Below, piece by piece: positions 1-9,147 of a stretch of 25,524 nucleotides of DNA. A program made the translations under genes and the position numbers. Source of the DNA: a virus. Lineage: Duplodnaviria > Caudoviricetes. Location of the stretch: the IMG/VR virus record IMGVR_UViG_3300037722_000081, positions 1-25,524 of that record, one strand, 5' to 3'. Each line of letters begins with the position of its first letter. Position 1 is the first letter of the stretch. A model generated the notes under the pieces. That model did no database searches. It saw nothing but the letters and a program-made list of their open reading frames with translations, and had not been told where the DNA came from.

Positions 1-96
1 CTCACGCAGATTTTTAATTGATTTTGTTTGAAATTTGGCACGCTCTTCGAAATGTGTCACCATCATGGAAATAATCAAACTCACTGAGGATTAATC

Positions 97-591
97 ATGG
101 CTAGAGGTGGAGCAAGGCCAGGGGCCGGAAGGCCTAGAAAGAAATCAGTAAATAAGAATGACGCGCAAAAATGTACATCTGTCGATGTAGTAAAGGCAGA
201 AGATCGATGTCAATCTCAATCCTCTGCGGATGCATCCAGGAAGGTGGAGGCGCTTGCAGGGTTTGGGCTTGTCGATACTGAAATAGCGCACGTTCTTGGT
301 ATAACCGTATCCGAATTAAAAAGCAGGTATGGGGCAGAGGTATTGAAAGGGCCAGCCCAGGCGGTGGCTAATGTTGCCAGATCTCTATATGGGCGGGCTA
401 CCGATCCAGATAAGCCAGATGTAAACGCATGTATATTTTGGCTTAGGGCGATGGGAGGCTGGAATGATAAAGCAGATAAAGGCCAATTAGGAAAGAAGGA
501 AGCAAAGTCAGACGCCGCAAAAAAGGCGGCTACTGGGCGATTCTCACAGCAGAAGCAGCCGTTCAGCGTGGTTGAAATAAATAAAAAATAA
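97..591 (+). CDS. terS: Terminase small subunit
   Basis: N-terminal GGARPGAGRP basic motif, a central HTH-like segment (GLVDTEIAHVLGITVSELK) and a C-terminal GKKE...AAKKAATGRF tail typical of proteobacterial phage TerS. GAGGA RBS upstream; lies upstream of TerL. Confidence 0.8.
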   Translation: MARGGARPGAGRPRKKSVNKNDAQKCTSVDVVKAEDRCQSQSSADASRKVEALAGFGLVDTEIAHVLGITVSELKSRYGAEVLKGPAQAVANVARSLYGRATDPDKPDVNACIFWLRAMGGWNDKADKGQLGKKEAKSDAAKKAATGRFSQQKQPFSVVEINKK

Positions 592-611
592 AAATATATC
601 CCTAATTCATG

Positions 612-641
612 TTGACTTTACCACATAAAGGTATATACTAT
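612..641 (+). promoter_or_regulatory. Sigma70-type promoter with a palindromic operator candidate, driving the insert between terS and terL
   Basis: TTGACT (612-617) with TATACT (634-639, 16-bp spacer) or TACTAT (636-641, 18-bp spacer). AT-rich upstream element. CTTTA-N5-TAAAG inverted repeat at 616-630. Confidence 0.65.
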
Positions 642-686
642 ATTTAACGGTAAGGGAATGGCCCGCCGGGAAACAGGAGAAATATC

Positions 687-902
687 ATGGCATACAGCGA
701 CACGTACTGCGAGTTTTTCGGGCGCATCGACGAGAACGGTAATGTAGCGGTTTTCCACAACGACGGAGAGGCGGCTACAAGGATGGATTGCAGCCTCTAC
801 GCGGTAGATTCTGACGGCAGCCAGAGTGTGCGCTACGAGCACCCGGAGGGGATCATCATCACCCGCGCCGATGCCGAAAAAATCGGACTGGAAATCGAGT
901 GA
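687..902 (+). CDS. Small acidic hypothetical protein (moron-like insert)
   Basis: 71 aa, AGGAG RBS, directly after the promoter, GTGA overlap with the next gene. Confidence 0.75.
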   Translation: MAYSDTYCEFFGRIDENGNVAVFHNDGEAATRMDCSLYAVDSDGSQSVRYEHPEGIIITRADAEKIGLEIE

Positions 903-1096
903 GCGGAGGCAAGCGCGAGGGGGCCGGAAGGCCCGCCCTTCCAGACGGACTTAAAAAGGTTGGGGTATATATAAAATTGCCCCCATTTTTGATAAGAGGT
1001 CTTGATGCCCTGCAAGAAAGCAGAGCAGTTTTGATTGAGCGTGCATGCAAAGAAGTTTATGGAATTGGGGGTGAAAATGGCTCACAAAAGAAATAA
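899..1096 (+). CDS. Small DNA-binding protein (GGxRxGAGRP motif plus ribbon-helix-helix-like domain)
   Basis: MSGGKREGAGRP followed by the strand-like VGVYIKLP and helices ending SRAVLIERAC, an RHH-like pattern. Translationally coupled to the upstream ORF. Confidence 0.6.
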   Translation: MSGGKREGAGRPALPDGLKKVGVYIKLPPFLIRGLDALQESRAVLIERACKEVYGIGGENGSQKK

Positions 1097-1676
1097 TGTC
1101 AGCAGAGAGTTCCGGCACGGAATGCGCGGAGAATCTGCCATACGCTGCATTGGCGACCTATATACTGGCTGTGAAATAATGGGTCTCACAAAGGGTGATT
1201 TCTCGATGATCGACATTCTCACTCATTGTCTTGATCAAACCGGTATAGCTGACGTTGTAATAGGCACATGGACTGCTGGACATGCAGACGTTAAGCAGGC
1301 GGAGAGAATTTTCACTAATGGGGGTATTAGTAATCTAAGGATGCTTGTCGATAGGTCTTTTCCGAACCGGCAGCCTAAATATTTCCAGCGAGTTATAGAG
1401 GCGTTCGGGCCGGAGTCCGTCAGATTAGCGCGATTTCATGCAAAATTCATATTGATAAAATCTGAAACATATAATCTTGTTGTGCGTACTAGCATGAATC
1501 TGAACGAAAACAAACGCATAGAGCTGTACGAGATTTCAGACGATGCGGAAATGATGGGTTATTATGATGAAATAGTGGAAGCGCACTTCAGCCAGCCGAT
1601 GGAGGATAGCTATTCAGCATTCAAATCTTTAAAAATAGGCCCTGAATTGGCTGCTTCTGACAGCTGGGCTTTGTGA
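1077..1676 (+). CDS. Phospholipase D (HKD)-superfamily protein, possible nuclease
   Basis: HAKFILI (HxK) followed by TSMNLNEN (the S-x-N element of PLD-like domains). ATG 1077 follows GGGGGTG. GTGA overlap with terL. Confidence 0.65.
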   Translation: MAHKRNNVSREFRHGMRGESAIRCIGDLYTGCEIMGLTKGDFSMIDILTHCLDQTGIADVVIGTWTAGHADVKQAERIFTNGGISNLRMLVDRSFPNRQPKYFQRVIEAFGPESVRLARFHAKFILIKSETYNLVVRTSMNLNENKRIELYEISDDAEMMGYYDEIVEAHFSQPMEDSYSAFKSLKIGPELAASDSWAL

Positions 1677-3379
1677 CCTGGACAACTTCTTGCCCTGACT
1701 GGGGCGATAGAATCAAGATAGGAACATCTATAGTTCCACCTCCAATTTTTCCTGCCGAGGCGGAGAGTGCTCTTGCTATATTCAAAGACTTAAAAATCGT
1801 TGATGCACCAGGAAGCCCTACTTTTGGAGATGTTGGCGCTGAATGGGTGTTTGATATTGTCAGGTCAGTATTCGGGGCGTACGATTCCGGGTATGATTCC
1901 AACGGGTACGAGACAGGAAGTCCAACCGCAGGGCGGCGGCTAATAACAGAATGGTTCATCCTGGTACCAAAAAAAAACTCTAAATCGACGCTTGCTGCCG
2001 GCATCATGATGACCGCACTTATACTCAATTGGCGGCAGTCTGCTGAGTTTGCCATCCTTGCCCCGACGGTTGAGGTTGCTACAAACTCTTTTTCACCATC
2101 ACGCGACATGGTTGCCAAGGACGATACGCTTGGGGACTTAATGCTTGTCCAGTCGCATACTAAAACAATAACCAACCGAAACAGCAACGCCACACTAAAA
2201 GTCCTTGCAGCTGATAGTAACACTGTAGGGGGCAAAAAAACCGTAGGCACCTTGATTGACGAGTTGCACCTATTCGGCAAAATAGGGAGCTCGGAAAACA
2301 TGTTCCGAGAGGCAACAGGAGGACTTGCATCACGCCCTGAGGGGTTTGTTATTTACCTAACTACGCAGTCAGATGAGCCTCCATCGGGAGTGTTTAAGCA
2401 AAAATTACAGTATGCTCGGGACGTTCGGGACGGCATCATTCAAGATCCGAGGTTCGTCCCTATAATTTTTGAGCACCCTCCCGACATGGTTAATAGTGGA
2501 GATCATCTCCTGGAAGAGAACATGTATCTCGTTAATCCGAACCTGGGCTACTCTGTAGACAGAGAGTTTCTGACCCGCGAATACCGTAAGGCAAAAGAAT
2601 CCGGCGGGCAGTCGTTCAGCGGATTCATGGCAAAACACGCGAACGTGGAAATAGGACTATCTCTGCGTAACGACAGATGGGCAGGAGCTGATTTCTGGCA
2701 GGAGTGTGCCGGCATTATCACACTCGACGACATTCTAGAGCGGTCTGATGTGATAGAGATAGGCATAGATGGCGGCGGTCTTGATGATCTACTTGGGCTG
2801 GCTGTGCTTGGTCGTGACGCAGTTACTAGGGACTGGTTGCTGTGGACACGTGCTTGGGCTCATCCTATTGCATTGGAGCGGAGGAAATCGGAGGTGTCAC
2901 GGTATAGGGATTTTGAGCGGGCCGGTGATCTTATCATCGTTGGCGAGATTGGCGAGGATGTGGAGCAGGTCGGTGAGATTGTCATCCGGTGCGAGGAGTC
3001 CGGTCTATTGGACAGGGTCGGCGTTGATCCGGTTGGGATCGGTGATATCGTTGATGAAATCACTAGCAGAGACATAGACCATGACCGAGTTGTCGGCATC
3101 CCCCAGGGCTGGCGGTTATCGGGTGCAATCAAAACGCTGGAGCGCCGTGCGGCAGAGAAAACCATCCTCCATGGTGGCACCTCGCTGATGAATTGGTGCG
3201 TGAGTAATGCCCGAGTAGAGCAGAGAGGAAACGCCATATTAGTGACAAAGCAGGCCAGCGGCACGGGTAAAATCGATCCGCTGATAGCTGTTTTTAATGC
3301 CACTGCGCTGATGGCCATGAATCCTGAACCACGTGGCGGTCGATCGGTATACGAGGATCGTGGTGTGATGGTGATTTGA
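1673..3379 (+). CDS. terL: Terminase large subunit (Terminase_1 type)
   Basis: Walker A-like PKKNSKST, Walker B LIDELH, coupling motif LTT, nuclease motifs GIDGGGLDDL and KIDP. 568 aa. Confidence 0.95.
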   Translation: MTWTTSCPDWGDRIKIGTSIVPPPIFPAEAESALAIFKDLKIVDAPGSPTFGDVGAEWVFDIVRSVFGAYDSGYDSNGYETGSPTAGRRLITEWFILVPKKNSKSTLAAGIMMTALILNWRQSAEFAILAPTVEVATNSFSPSRDMVAKDDTLGDLMLVQSHTKTITNRNSNATLKVLAADSNTVGGKKTVGTLIDELHLFGKIGSSENMFREATGGLASRPEGFVIYLTTQSDEPPSGVFKQKLQYARDVRDGIIQDPRFVPIIFEHPPDMVNSGDHLLEENMYLVNPNLGYSVDREFLTREYRKAKESGGQSFSGFMAKHANVEIGLSLRNDRWAGADFWQECAGIITLDDILERSDVIEIGIDGGGLDDLLGLAVLGRDAVTRDWLLWTRAWAHPIALERRKSEVSRYRDFERAGDLIIVGEIGEDVEQVGEIVIRCEESGLLDRVGVDPVGIGDIVDEITSRDIDHDRVVGIPQGWRLSGAIKTLERRAAEKTILHGGTSLMNWCVSNARVEQRGNAILVTKQASGTGKIDPLIAVFNATALMAMNPEPRGGRSVYEDRGVMVI

Positions 3380-3381
3380 TG

Positions 3382-3410
3382 TTGACAGCCGTCTAGTAAT
3401 GCAGTAAACT
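3382..3410 (+). promoter_or_regulatory. Sigma70-type promoter upstream of the head genes
   Basis: TTGACA (3382-3387), 17 bp, TAAACT (3405-3410). A second candidate is TTGCAT (3435-3440), 17 bp, TAGTAT (3458-3463). Confidence 0.6.
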
Positions 3411-3478
3411 ATTTGCATAGGCTTATGGTGCCTATTGCATTATGTAGTAAAATCCCATAGTATCCCCATAAGAAACAT

Positions 3479-3646
3479 ATGGGGACGCTATTGAAGGACA
3501 TTTTTCCAGACGTTCTAGCGGCTGCCGGCCTATGCCTGATGGGGTATGGGCTTTGGCTCGTTGCGCCGTGGGTGTCGTTTTCAGTATGTGGTGCCATCAT
3601 GCTGTCCGGCGGAGTTGCTCTATCAACCCCGGCTAGGCGTAAATGA
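3479..3646 (+). CDS. Small two-TM membrane protein between terL and portal (not in the ORF track)
   Basis: Hand translation gives MGTLLKDIFPDVLAAAGLCLMGYGLWLVAPWVSFSVCGAIMLSGGVALSTPARRK (55 aa). ATGA overlap with portal. Such small hydrophobic genes are common at this position in HK97-like phages. Confidence 0.75.
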   Translation: MGTLLKDIFPDVLAAAGLCLMGYGLWLVAPWVSFSVCGAIMLSGGVALSTPARRK

Positions 3647-4884
3647 TGGGCATCCTATCCTCAATCCTGGAGAAACGCTCTCAGCATCCCAGGGACCCCG
3701 CTATAGCTGAATGGCTGGGCGGTGGTGTCAACACGGCGGCAGGAATTGCCGTTACCCCCGATTCGGCCATGCGTGAGGCTGCCGTTTATGCCTGTGTCCG
3801 AGTTTTAGCCGAGTCAGTCGCCCAACTCCCCCTATTTGTCTACCGCCGCAGGAAATCGGGCGGCAAAGACAAAGCGTCCGATCACTCACTGTACGAAATC
3901 CTGCACAATCGTCCAAATCGCTGGCAGACCAGCTTTGAGTATCGCGAGTCTCTAATGGGCGCGGTTACCCTACGGGGTAATGCGGTCAGCCGAATTGTGG
4001 CTACTGGCGGCGGTGGTGTATCTGAACTGATTCCGTTAATGCCTGACCGGGTGAAGATATTCCGAGCACCTGACGGCAGGCGGGCTTATCGCTATCGCCC
4101 TGAGAACGGGCAGGATGAAATCCTGTTACAGAATGAGGTTCTTCATGTTCCAGGTCTATCGATCGATGGACTTAGCGGACTAGCTCCAATTACCTATCAC
4201 CGCGAAACTGTTGGCGCGTCTCTTGCATTGCGTGAGTTTGGATCCCGGCTGTTTAAAAACGGCACACACATAGGGACCGTGTTCGAGCATCCTAACAAGC
4301 TGACAGAATCATCACAGAAGAACCTGAAAAAGAGCCTTGATGACAATTTCTCAGGTGTCGCAAACGCTAATAAGGCGATCATCCTGGAAGAGGGGATGAA
4401 GATAGCGAAGCTGGGGATGACCTCCGAGGATGCCCAGTATCTCGAATCGCGTAAATTCTCCCGCTCTGAAATTGCGTCTATCTTCCGCGTGCCCCTCTAC
4501 AAAATTGCCGGCGATACTGAATCGACAAAAGGCTGGAGCACCCTGGAGCAGCAGTCAACAGACTTTGTGACGGATACCCTTATGCCGTGGCTTGTGCGTA
4601 TTGAACAGGCCATTGCACGGGATCTGCTTACCGCCACTGATAGGCGTAATGGGATATTCGCAGAATTTAACGTGATGGGGCTTTTGCGCGGCGATGCCGC
4701 TGCACGGTCAGCTTACTACACAGCGAGATTTAACACAGGGTCCCTGTCTCCGAACCAGATCCGTGAACTGGAAAACGAGAACCCGCAGGATGGCGGTGAC
4801 GTGGCATTTGTACCGATGAACATGATCCCGATTGACCAAGTAGGGCGGTCTGATGGAAACACAGAGGAGCCGGATAATGGCTGA
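3643..4884 (+). CDS. Portal protein, HK97 family
   Basis: AVYACVRVLAESVAQLPL, PNRWQTSFEY, LRGNA, ILEEGM, EIASIFRVP and SPNQIRELEN motifs. 413 aa. Confidence 0.95.
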   Translation: MMGILSSILEKRSQHPRDPAIAEWLGGGVNTAAGIAVTPDSAMREAAVYACVRVLAESVAQLPLFVYRRRKSGGKDKASDHSLYEILHNRPNRWQTSFEYRESLMGAVTLRGNAVSRIVATGGGGVSELIPLMPDRVKIFRAPDGRRAYRYRPENGQDEILLQNEVLHVPGLSIDGLSGLAPITYHRETVGASLALREFGSRLFKNGTHIGTVFEHPNKLTESSQKNLKKSLDDNFSGVANANKAIILEEGMKIAKLGMTSEDAQYLESRKFSRSEIASIFRVPLYKIAGDTESTKGWSTLEQQSTDFVTDTLMPWLVRIEQAIARDLLTATDRRNGIFAEFNVMGLLRGDAAARSAYYTARFNTGSLSPNQIRELENENPQDGGDVAFVPMNMIPIDQVGRSDGNTEEPDNG

Positions 4885-5455
4885 CGAAATCGAAAGACGT
4901 ACACTTGATATCGAGTTGCGTGTTGAGCGGCGAGAAGATGGACCGGCCAAGATTGTAGGCCATGCCGCCGTTTTTAACTCGCTATCTGAGGACCTTGGTG
5001 GATTCCGAGAGCAGATCGCGCCAGGCGCATTTGCGGACGCGGTGAAAACCGATGATGTGCGGGCGCTGTGGAACCACAACCCCGACTACGTACTGGGTCG
5101 CAATCGGGCTAAAACGCTGACGTTATCCGAGGATTCGCGTGGGCTGAAGATCGAGGTTGACCCTCCTGATACGCAATTTGCCCGCGACCTGATGGTATCC
5201 ATCGAGCGCGGAGATGTTTCACAAATGTCGTTTGCTTTCTCAGTGAGGGCGAACGGCCAGAATTGGGGCAAGGATGATGATGGGCAGGTGGTTAGAACGC
5301 TGACGAATGTCAGGCTGTTTGATGTATCTCCAGTCACCTATCCAGCCTACCAGCAAACCGATGTCGCAGTCCGTAGCATGGAACAGTGGCAGAAGGCGAA
5401 CGTGCCGGACTACAGCGTGAAGCTGCGGCATCTGCAGTTGATTGGACTGGAATAG
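4877..5455 (+). CDS. Prohead protease, HK97 family
   Basis: GHAAVFNS, FREQIAPGAF, ALWNH, LGR, MSFAF and LFDVSPVTYPAY motifs. ATG 4877 follows GAGGAG. Confidence 0.93.
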   Translation: MADEIERRTLDIELRVERREDGPAKIVGHAAVFNSLSEDLGGFREQIAPGAFADAVKTDDVRALWNHNPDYVLGRNRAKTLTLSEDSRGLKIEVDPPDTQFARDLMVSIERGDVSQMSFAFSVRANGQNWGKDDDGQVVRTLTNVRLFDVSPVTYPAYQQTDVAVRSMEQWQKANVPDYSVKLRHLQLIGLE

Positions 5456-5488
5456 TCCGAAACGTAAACCACGACAGAGGAAAAACTA

Positions 5489-6715
5489 ATGGCAGACATT
5501 AAAGAACTTCGAAATAGCCGGGGAAAGGCAATTGCTGATGCCCGCTCAATCCTGGAAAAGGCCGAGGCTGAAAAGCGTTCGCTGACTACTGATGAGAGTG
5601 ATCAGTATGATAAGCACATCGCAGACGCCCAGCGACTGAAGGACGACGTAGACCGCGAGGAGCGCCAGCAGGAGCTTGAGCGCGAGGCTGCTGCATCCTC
5701 GTTCCGTAATCAGGACGGAAAAAAGGAAGAGCGCAAAGAAGTTTCAGACTCCCCACGGGCGACGGAAGAATATCGCGCTGCCTATGAGCGGTTCGTCCGT
5801 GGCGGCTTGGCCGGCCTGAGTGGTGATGAGGTTCGCGCACTGTCATCCGGGACCGATACCCAGGGCGGTTATCTGCTGATGCCCGAGCAAATGGTTGATG
5901 GCATTATACAAGCTGTTGACAACATGACGTTCATCCGCCAGCGCGCAACCAAGTTCCGCGTGCCTACCGCTACCAGTCTCGGCGCGCCGACTCTGGACGC
6001 CGATCCTGCAGACGCCGATTGGACCGTTGAGCTGGCTACTGGCAGCGAAGATTCTACCATGGCGTTCGGCAAGCGGAAACTTGAGCCGCATCCCCTTGCG
6101 AAGCGTATCAAAGCATCGCGAGACCTGTTGAACCGTCTGCCGGGTGTAGAGCAGTTTGTCATTGACCGTCTGGCCTACAAATTCGGTGTGACGGAGGAAA
6201 AGGCGTTCATGACCGGATCGGGTGCACAGCAGCCGCTTGGCCTGTTTACGGCATCCGCTGACGGCGTGCCCACTAGCCGCGACGTATCTACCGGCAACAC
6301 CGATACAACCATCACATTCGATGGGCTGATCAATGCAAAGTACAGCCTCAAGGGACAGTACTGGGCTAATTCGGATTGGCTGTTCCACCGTGACGCAATC
6401 AAGATGCTTGCGAAGATCAAGAACGGCGAGGGCCAGTACATTTGGAGAGAGTCTGTTCGAAGTGGCGAGCCTGACACCCTGCTTGGGCGTCCGCTGATGA
6501 TGTCTGAGTATGCGCCGAACACGTTCACCACTGGCCTCTATGTCGGGATGTTCGGTGATTTCTCGCATTATTGGATTGCTGACGCCATGGATATGGAGCT
6601 TCAGAGACTGGTTGAACTGTACGCCGAGACAAACCAAATTGGCCTGATCGGACGAATGAAAATGGACGGACAGCCTACGCTCGCAGAGGCTTTTGCCCGC
6701 GTAACTCTCACCTGA
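5489..6715 (+). CDS. Major capsid protein, HK97 fold with N-terminal coiled-coil delta domain
   Basis: Charged helical N-terminus of about 115 aa, then GGYLLMPE, E..AFMTGSG..QPLG, KNGEGQYIW, TLLGRP and FGDFS motifs. Confidence 0.95.
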   Translation: MADIKELRNSRGKAIADARSILEKAEAEKRSLTTDESDQYDKHIADAQRLKDDVDREERQQELEREAAASSFRNQDGKKEERKEVSDSPRATEEYRAAYERFVRGGLAGLSGDEVRALSSGTDTQGGYLLMPEQMVDGIIQAVDNMTFIRQRATKFRVPTATSLGAPTLDADPADADWTVELATGSEDSTMAFGKRKLEPHPLAKRIKASRDLLNRLPGVEQFVIDRLAYKFGVTEEKAFMTGSGAQQPLGLFTASADGVPTSRDVSTGNTDTTITFDGLINAKYSLKGQYWANSDWLFHRDAIKMLAKIKNGEGQYIWRESVRSGEPDTLLGRPLMMSEYAPNTFTTGLYVGMFGDFSHYWIADAMDMELQRLVELYAETNQIGLIGRMKMDGQPTLAEAFARVTLT

Positions 6716-6726
6716 GGATTGACACA

Positions 6727-7173
6727 ATGAACCTTTCTAAGAATGTAAAAATCATGGAAGTGGGTGCGCCGGTTACCGCTGCATCTGATACTGACGACAA
6801 TTCCGACCGTATCGACATGAGCGGTTGGGATGGCGTTGTATTCATTGCGCCTGTTACCGATTCTGCCGCTACTGGTGTGGCGACTATCACTATCGAGCAA
6901 AACACCACTGACGCAGATTCCGGCATGGCCGCTCTCGATGGTGCAACCGCTACCGATACTTGCGCTGTCAATGATGACCTCAATGATCAACTGTTGGTAG
7001 TCGATGTTGTCAGGCCGCGTGAGCGTTACGTACAGTGTGTACGAACTTCGGCCACGGCTAATATCGCGTTCGGAAATGTCATTGCGATTCTGTACCGTGG
7101 TCGTGTAGCGCCCGTAACAGCAGACACCAGCGTGTTGGCGCAGACTCTGGTTGTGTCTCCGGCTGAGGCGTAA
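6727..7173 (+). CDS. Putative capsid decoration/cement protein
   Basis: Beta-rich 148 aa immediately after the capsid gene. IDMSGWDGVVFI and RERYV motifs resemble jelly-roll cement proteins found at this position. Confidence 0.5.
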   Translation: MNLSKNVKIMEVGAPVTAASDTDDNSDRIDMSGWDGVVFIAPVTDSAATGVATITIEQNTTDADSGMAALDGATATDTCAVNDDLNDQLLVVDVVRPRERYVQCVRTSATANIAFGNVIAILYRGRVAPVTADTSVLAQTLVVSPAEA

Positions 7174-7175
7174 AA

Positions 7176-7391
7176 ATGCGTATCAGGATGATCACCTCAA
7201 TGGCCGGGCCTCACAGTAGTGCAGCGCCCGGTCAGATCATCGATGTAGATGAGCAGACCGCCAAGGCTCTGACCTCTGGCGGGTATGCTTTCTATGTCGA
7301 TAAACCTCCTGTATTCAATCAACCAGAGGCGGCAGTCATTCAGCCGCCTGAAACTGCAGTTAAACGGACGTACCGAAAGAGGAATAAATAA
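7176..7391 (+). CDS. Small head-associated hypothetical protein
   Basis: 71 aa with PGQIIDVDEQTAKAL...GYA and a basic tail, typical of small genes between capsid and adaptor. Confidence 0.6.
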   Translation: MRIRMITSMAGPHSSAAPGQIIDVDEQTAKALTSGGYAFYVDKPPVFNQPEAAVIQPPETAVKRTYRKRNK

Positions 7392-7930
7392 TGGTTGACG
7401 CAACTTATCAAGCGAAAGTTTACATGACGGATGGAGGCGATAAGCAGGTAATCGCCTCAGGCGGTGAGTTGGATGTTGAGTCTGGCGGCGCGTTTAAAAT
7501 CGCTGGTACTGCTGTTACCGCAAGCGCCGCAGAACTCAACGGCGATTCCGCGAAGGTGACCACGTTCACCATGGCTGCCGCATCTGCCGCCGCAAACGTT
7601 TCAGAGGTAACCATCACAGCTAAGGATGCCGCAGGGGCTACCCTGGCCGGAGTGCATAACTTCGACCTGTGGCTGTCGGATGCCGCAACCGGCGCAGGTC
7701 TTACCGGGACCGCAGCCTCTGGCACAGTGACTGCAAAGTCTGCATCCGGCGAAGTAGTAGGCACCTACACTGCCAAGAAAGCACTGCGCGTGCAGACGTT
7801 GGCGACTGGTATCTTTATCCTGGAAATCACTGATACGGGAAAGACCGCGTTCAAGGTTGCTGCTTCTGCTCCTGGTACTGGTAAAACGGTAGTAGGAATT
7901 ACTCTTGAGGCTGGAGATTATGGTGCCTGA
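7391..7930 (+). CDS. Putative head fibre/decoration protein
   Basis: N-terminal KVY..DGGDKQVIASGGELDVESGG resembles head-fibre N-termini. Ala/Thr-rich, located in the head module. Confidence 0.5.
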   Translation: MVDATYQAKVYMTDGGDKQVIASGGELDVESGGAFKIAGTAVTASAAELNGDSAKVTTFTMAAASAAANVSEVTITAKDAAGATLAGVHNFDLWLSDAATGAGLTGTAASGTVTAKSASGEVVGTYTAKKALRVQTLATGIFILEITDTGKTAFKVAASAPGTGKTVVGITLEAGDYGA

Positions 7931-7932
7931 TT

Positions 7933-8304
7933 ATGAGCTATATCCAACGGCATGAGGTATCGCTGACGACAGACGCAGGCGGCGACGTGACAGGCTACAC
8001 GCCTGTTATTACTGGCAAGCTGTCGCAGATACGATACGTAAAAACCGATTTCGCTGATGGCGTCACCTTTGCTGTCACGGCAGAGGCTACCGGCGAGACG
8101 CTATGGAGTCAGGCGGCAGTAAACGCATCGGCAACCGTAGCACCAAGGCAGGCCACGCACTCAACGGCAGGAGCCGCAGCGTTATATGCTGGGGGCGGGT
8201 CTGCTGTTCTGGACAAGATTTCTCTCGCTCTGGATAGAGTAAAAATCGTTGTCTCTGCTGGTGGTAATGTCAAAACCGGAACGATGCATGTGGTGATCGA
8301 GTGA
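7933..8304 (+). CDS. Hypothetical virion protein
   Basis: 123-aa beta-rich ORF coupled to its neighbours in the structural operon. Confidence 0.6.
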   Translation: MSYIQRHEVSLTTDAGGDVTGYTPVITGKLSQIRYVKTDFADGVTFAVTAEATGETLWSQAAVNASATVAPRQATHSTAGAAALYAGGGSAVLDKISLALDRVKIVVSAGGNVKTGTMHVVIE

Positions 8305-9098
8305 AAATAATTACACCTCCTGTTGCAGAGCCTCTGCATATCACCGATGCAAAGCTGCATCTTCGATTAGTGGCTGCACTTGCTGATGCGGCTGCATATA
8401 CGCGGGAGGATGATTATCTAATAGGGATTATTGCAGCGGCCAGGCAGACGGCTGAGGGCGAGACCTGGAAATACCTTGTAACTCAAACTCAGGATGCGTA
8501 TTTCGGCGCATGGCCTGCAGTTATAAAATTGCCGCATCCTCTCAGGTCAGTTGATGTAATCGAATATACTGATGATGCAGGAACGGTTACGGCGTTTACC
8601 GATTACAGCGTTGATTATGATGGTGCGCAGATAGTACCAGACGATTCATGGCCGTCCGTGTCGCTTGCAGATGTGAATCCTATAAGGGTCAGGTACAGGG
8701 TGGGATATGTGACCCCATTCACGGCAGACTCAGGGACTGACACGCTTACAGCGCTTAATCACACGTATGCAAATGGCGATACCGTCAGGCTGTCAGTGTC
8801 TGGCGGTGCATTGCCTACTGGCCTATCTACATACGCCCAATATTACGTGGTCGGCGTATCTGTCGATGATCTGCAATTATCGGCTACTAGCGGCGGCGCT
8901 GCCGTGTCGTTTTCGACTGCTGGAAGCGGAACCATGTTTCTGGGTGAGATTCCTCCAGCAACGATTGCTGGTATGAAGCTGGTGATTTCTGGATTGTACG
9001 AAGAGAGGGGGGAAATTATTGTCGGTGCGTCAGTAGCGAGTGTTCCGCGTGCAGCGTCTTCTATGTTCGACCTTGATTCAGCAAAAGGATTTGTATGA
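8301..9098 (+). CDS. Head-tail adaptor (gp6-like) with an inserted beta domain
   Basis: PVAEPL...AKLHLR, IAAARQTAE and C-terminal IPP...MKLVISGLYEERG are gp6-like. About 78 extra residues lie at roughly 8712-8945. Confidence 0.85.
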   Translation: MKIITPPVAEPLHITDAKLHLRLVAALADAAAYTREDDYLIGIIAAARQTAEGETWKYLVTQTQDAYFGAWPAVIKLPHPLRSVDVIEYTDDAGTVTAFTDYSVDYDGAQIVPDDSWPSVSLADVNPIRVRYRVGYVTPFTADSGTDTLTALNHTYANGDTVRLSVSGGALPTGLSTYAQYYVVGVSVDDLQLSATSGGAAVSFSTAGSGTMFLGEIPPATIAGMKLVISGLYEERGEIIVGASVASVPRAASSMFDLDSAKGFV

Positions 9099-9147
9099 CG
9101 GATATTAATACATTAACGCCATCTTTGCATTTCATTGAGGGCGAGTG

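Noticed and set aside
5843-6727. 294-aa - strand ORF and other long antisense ORFs across the structural operon
   Set aside because: They are shadows of well-supported + strand genes and show no motifs.
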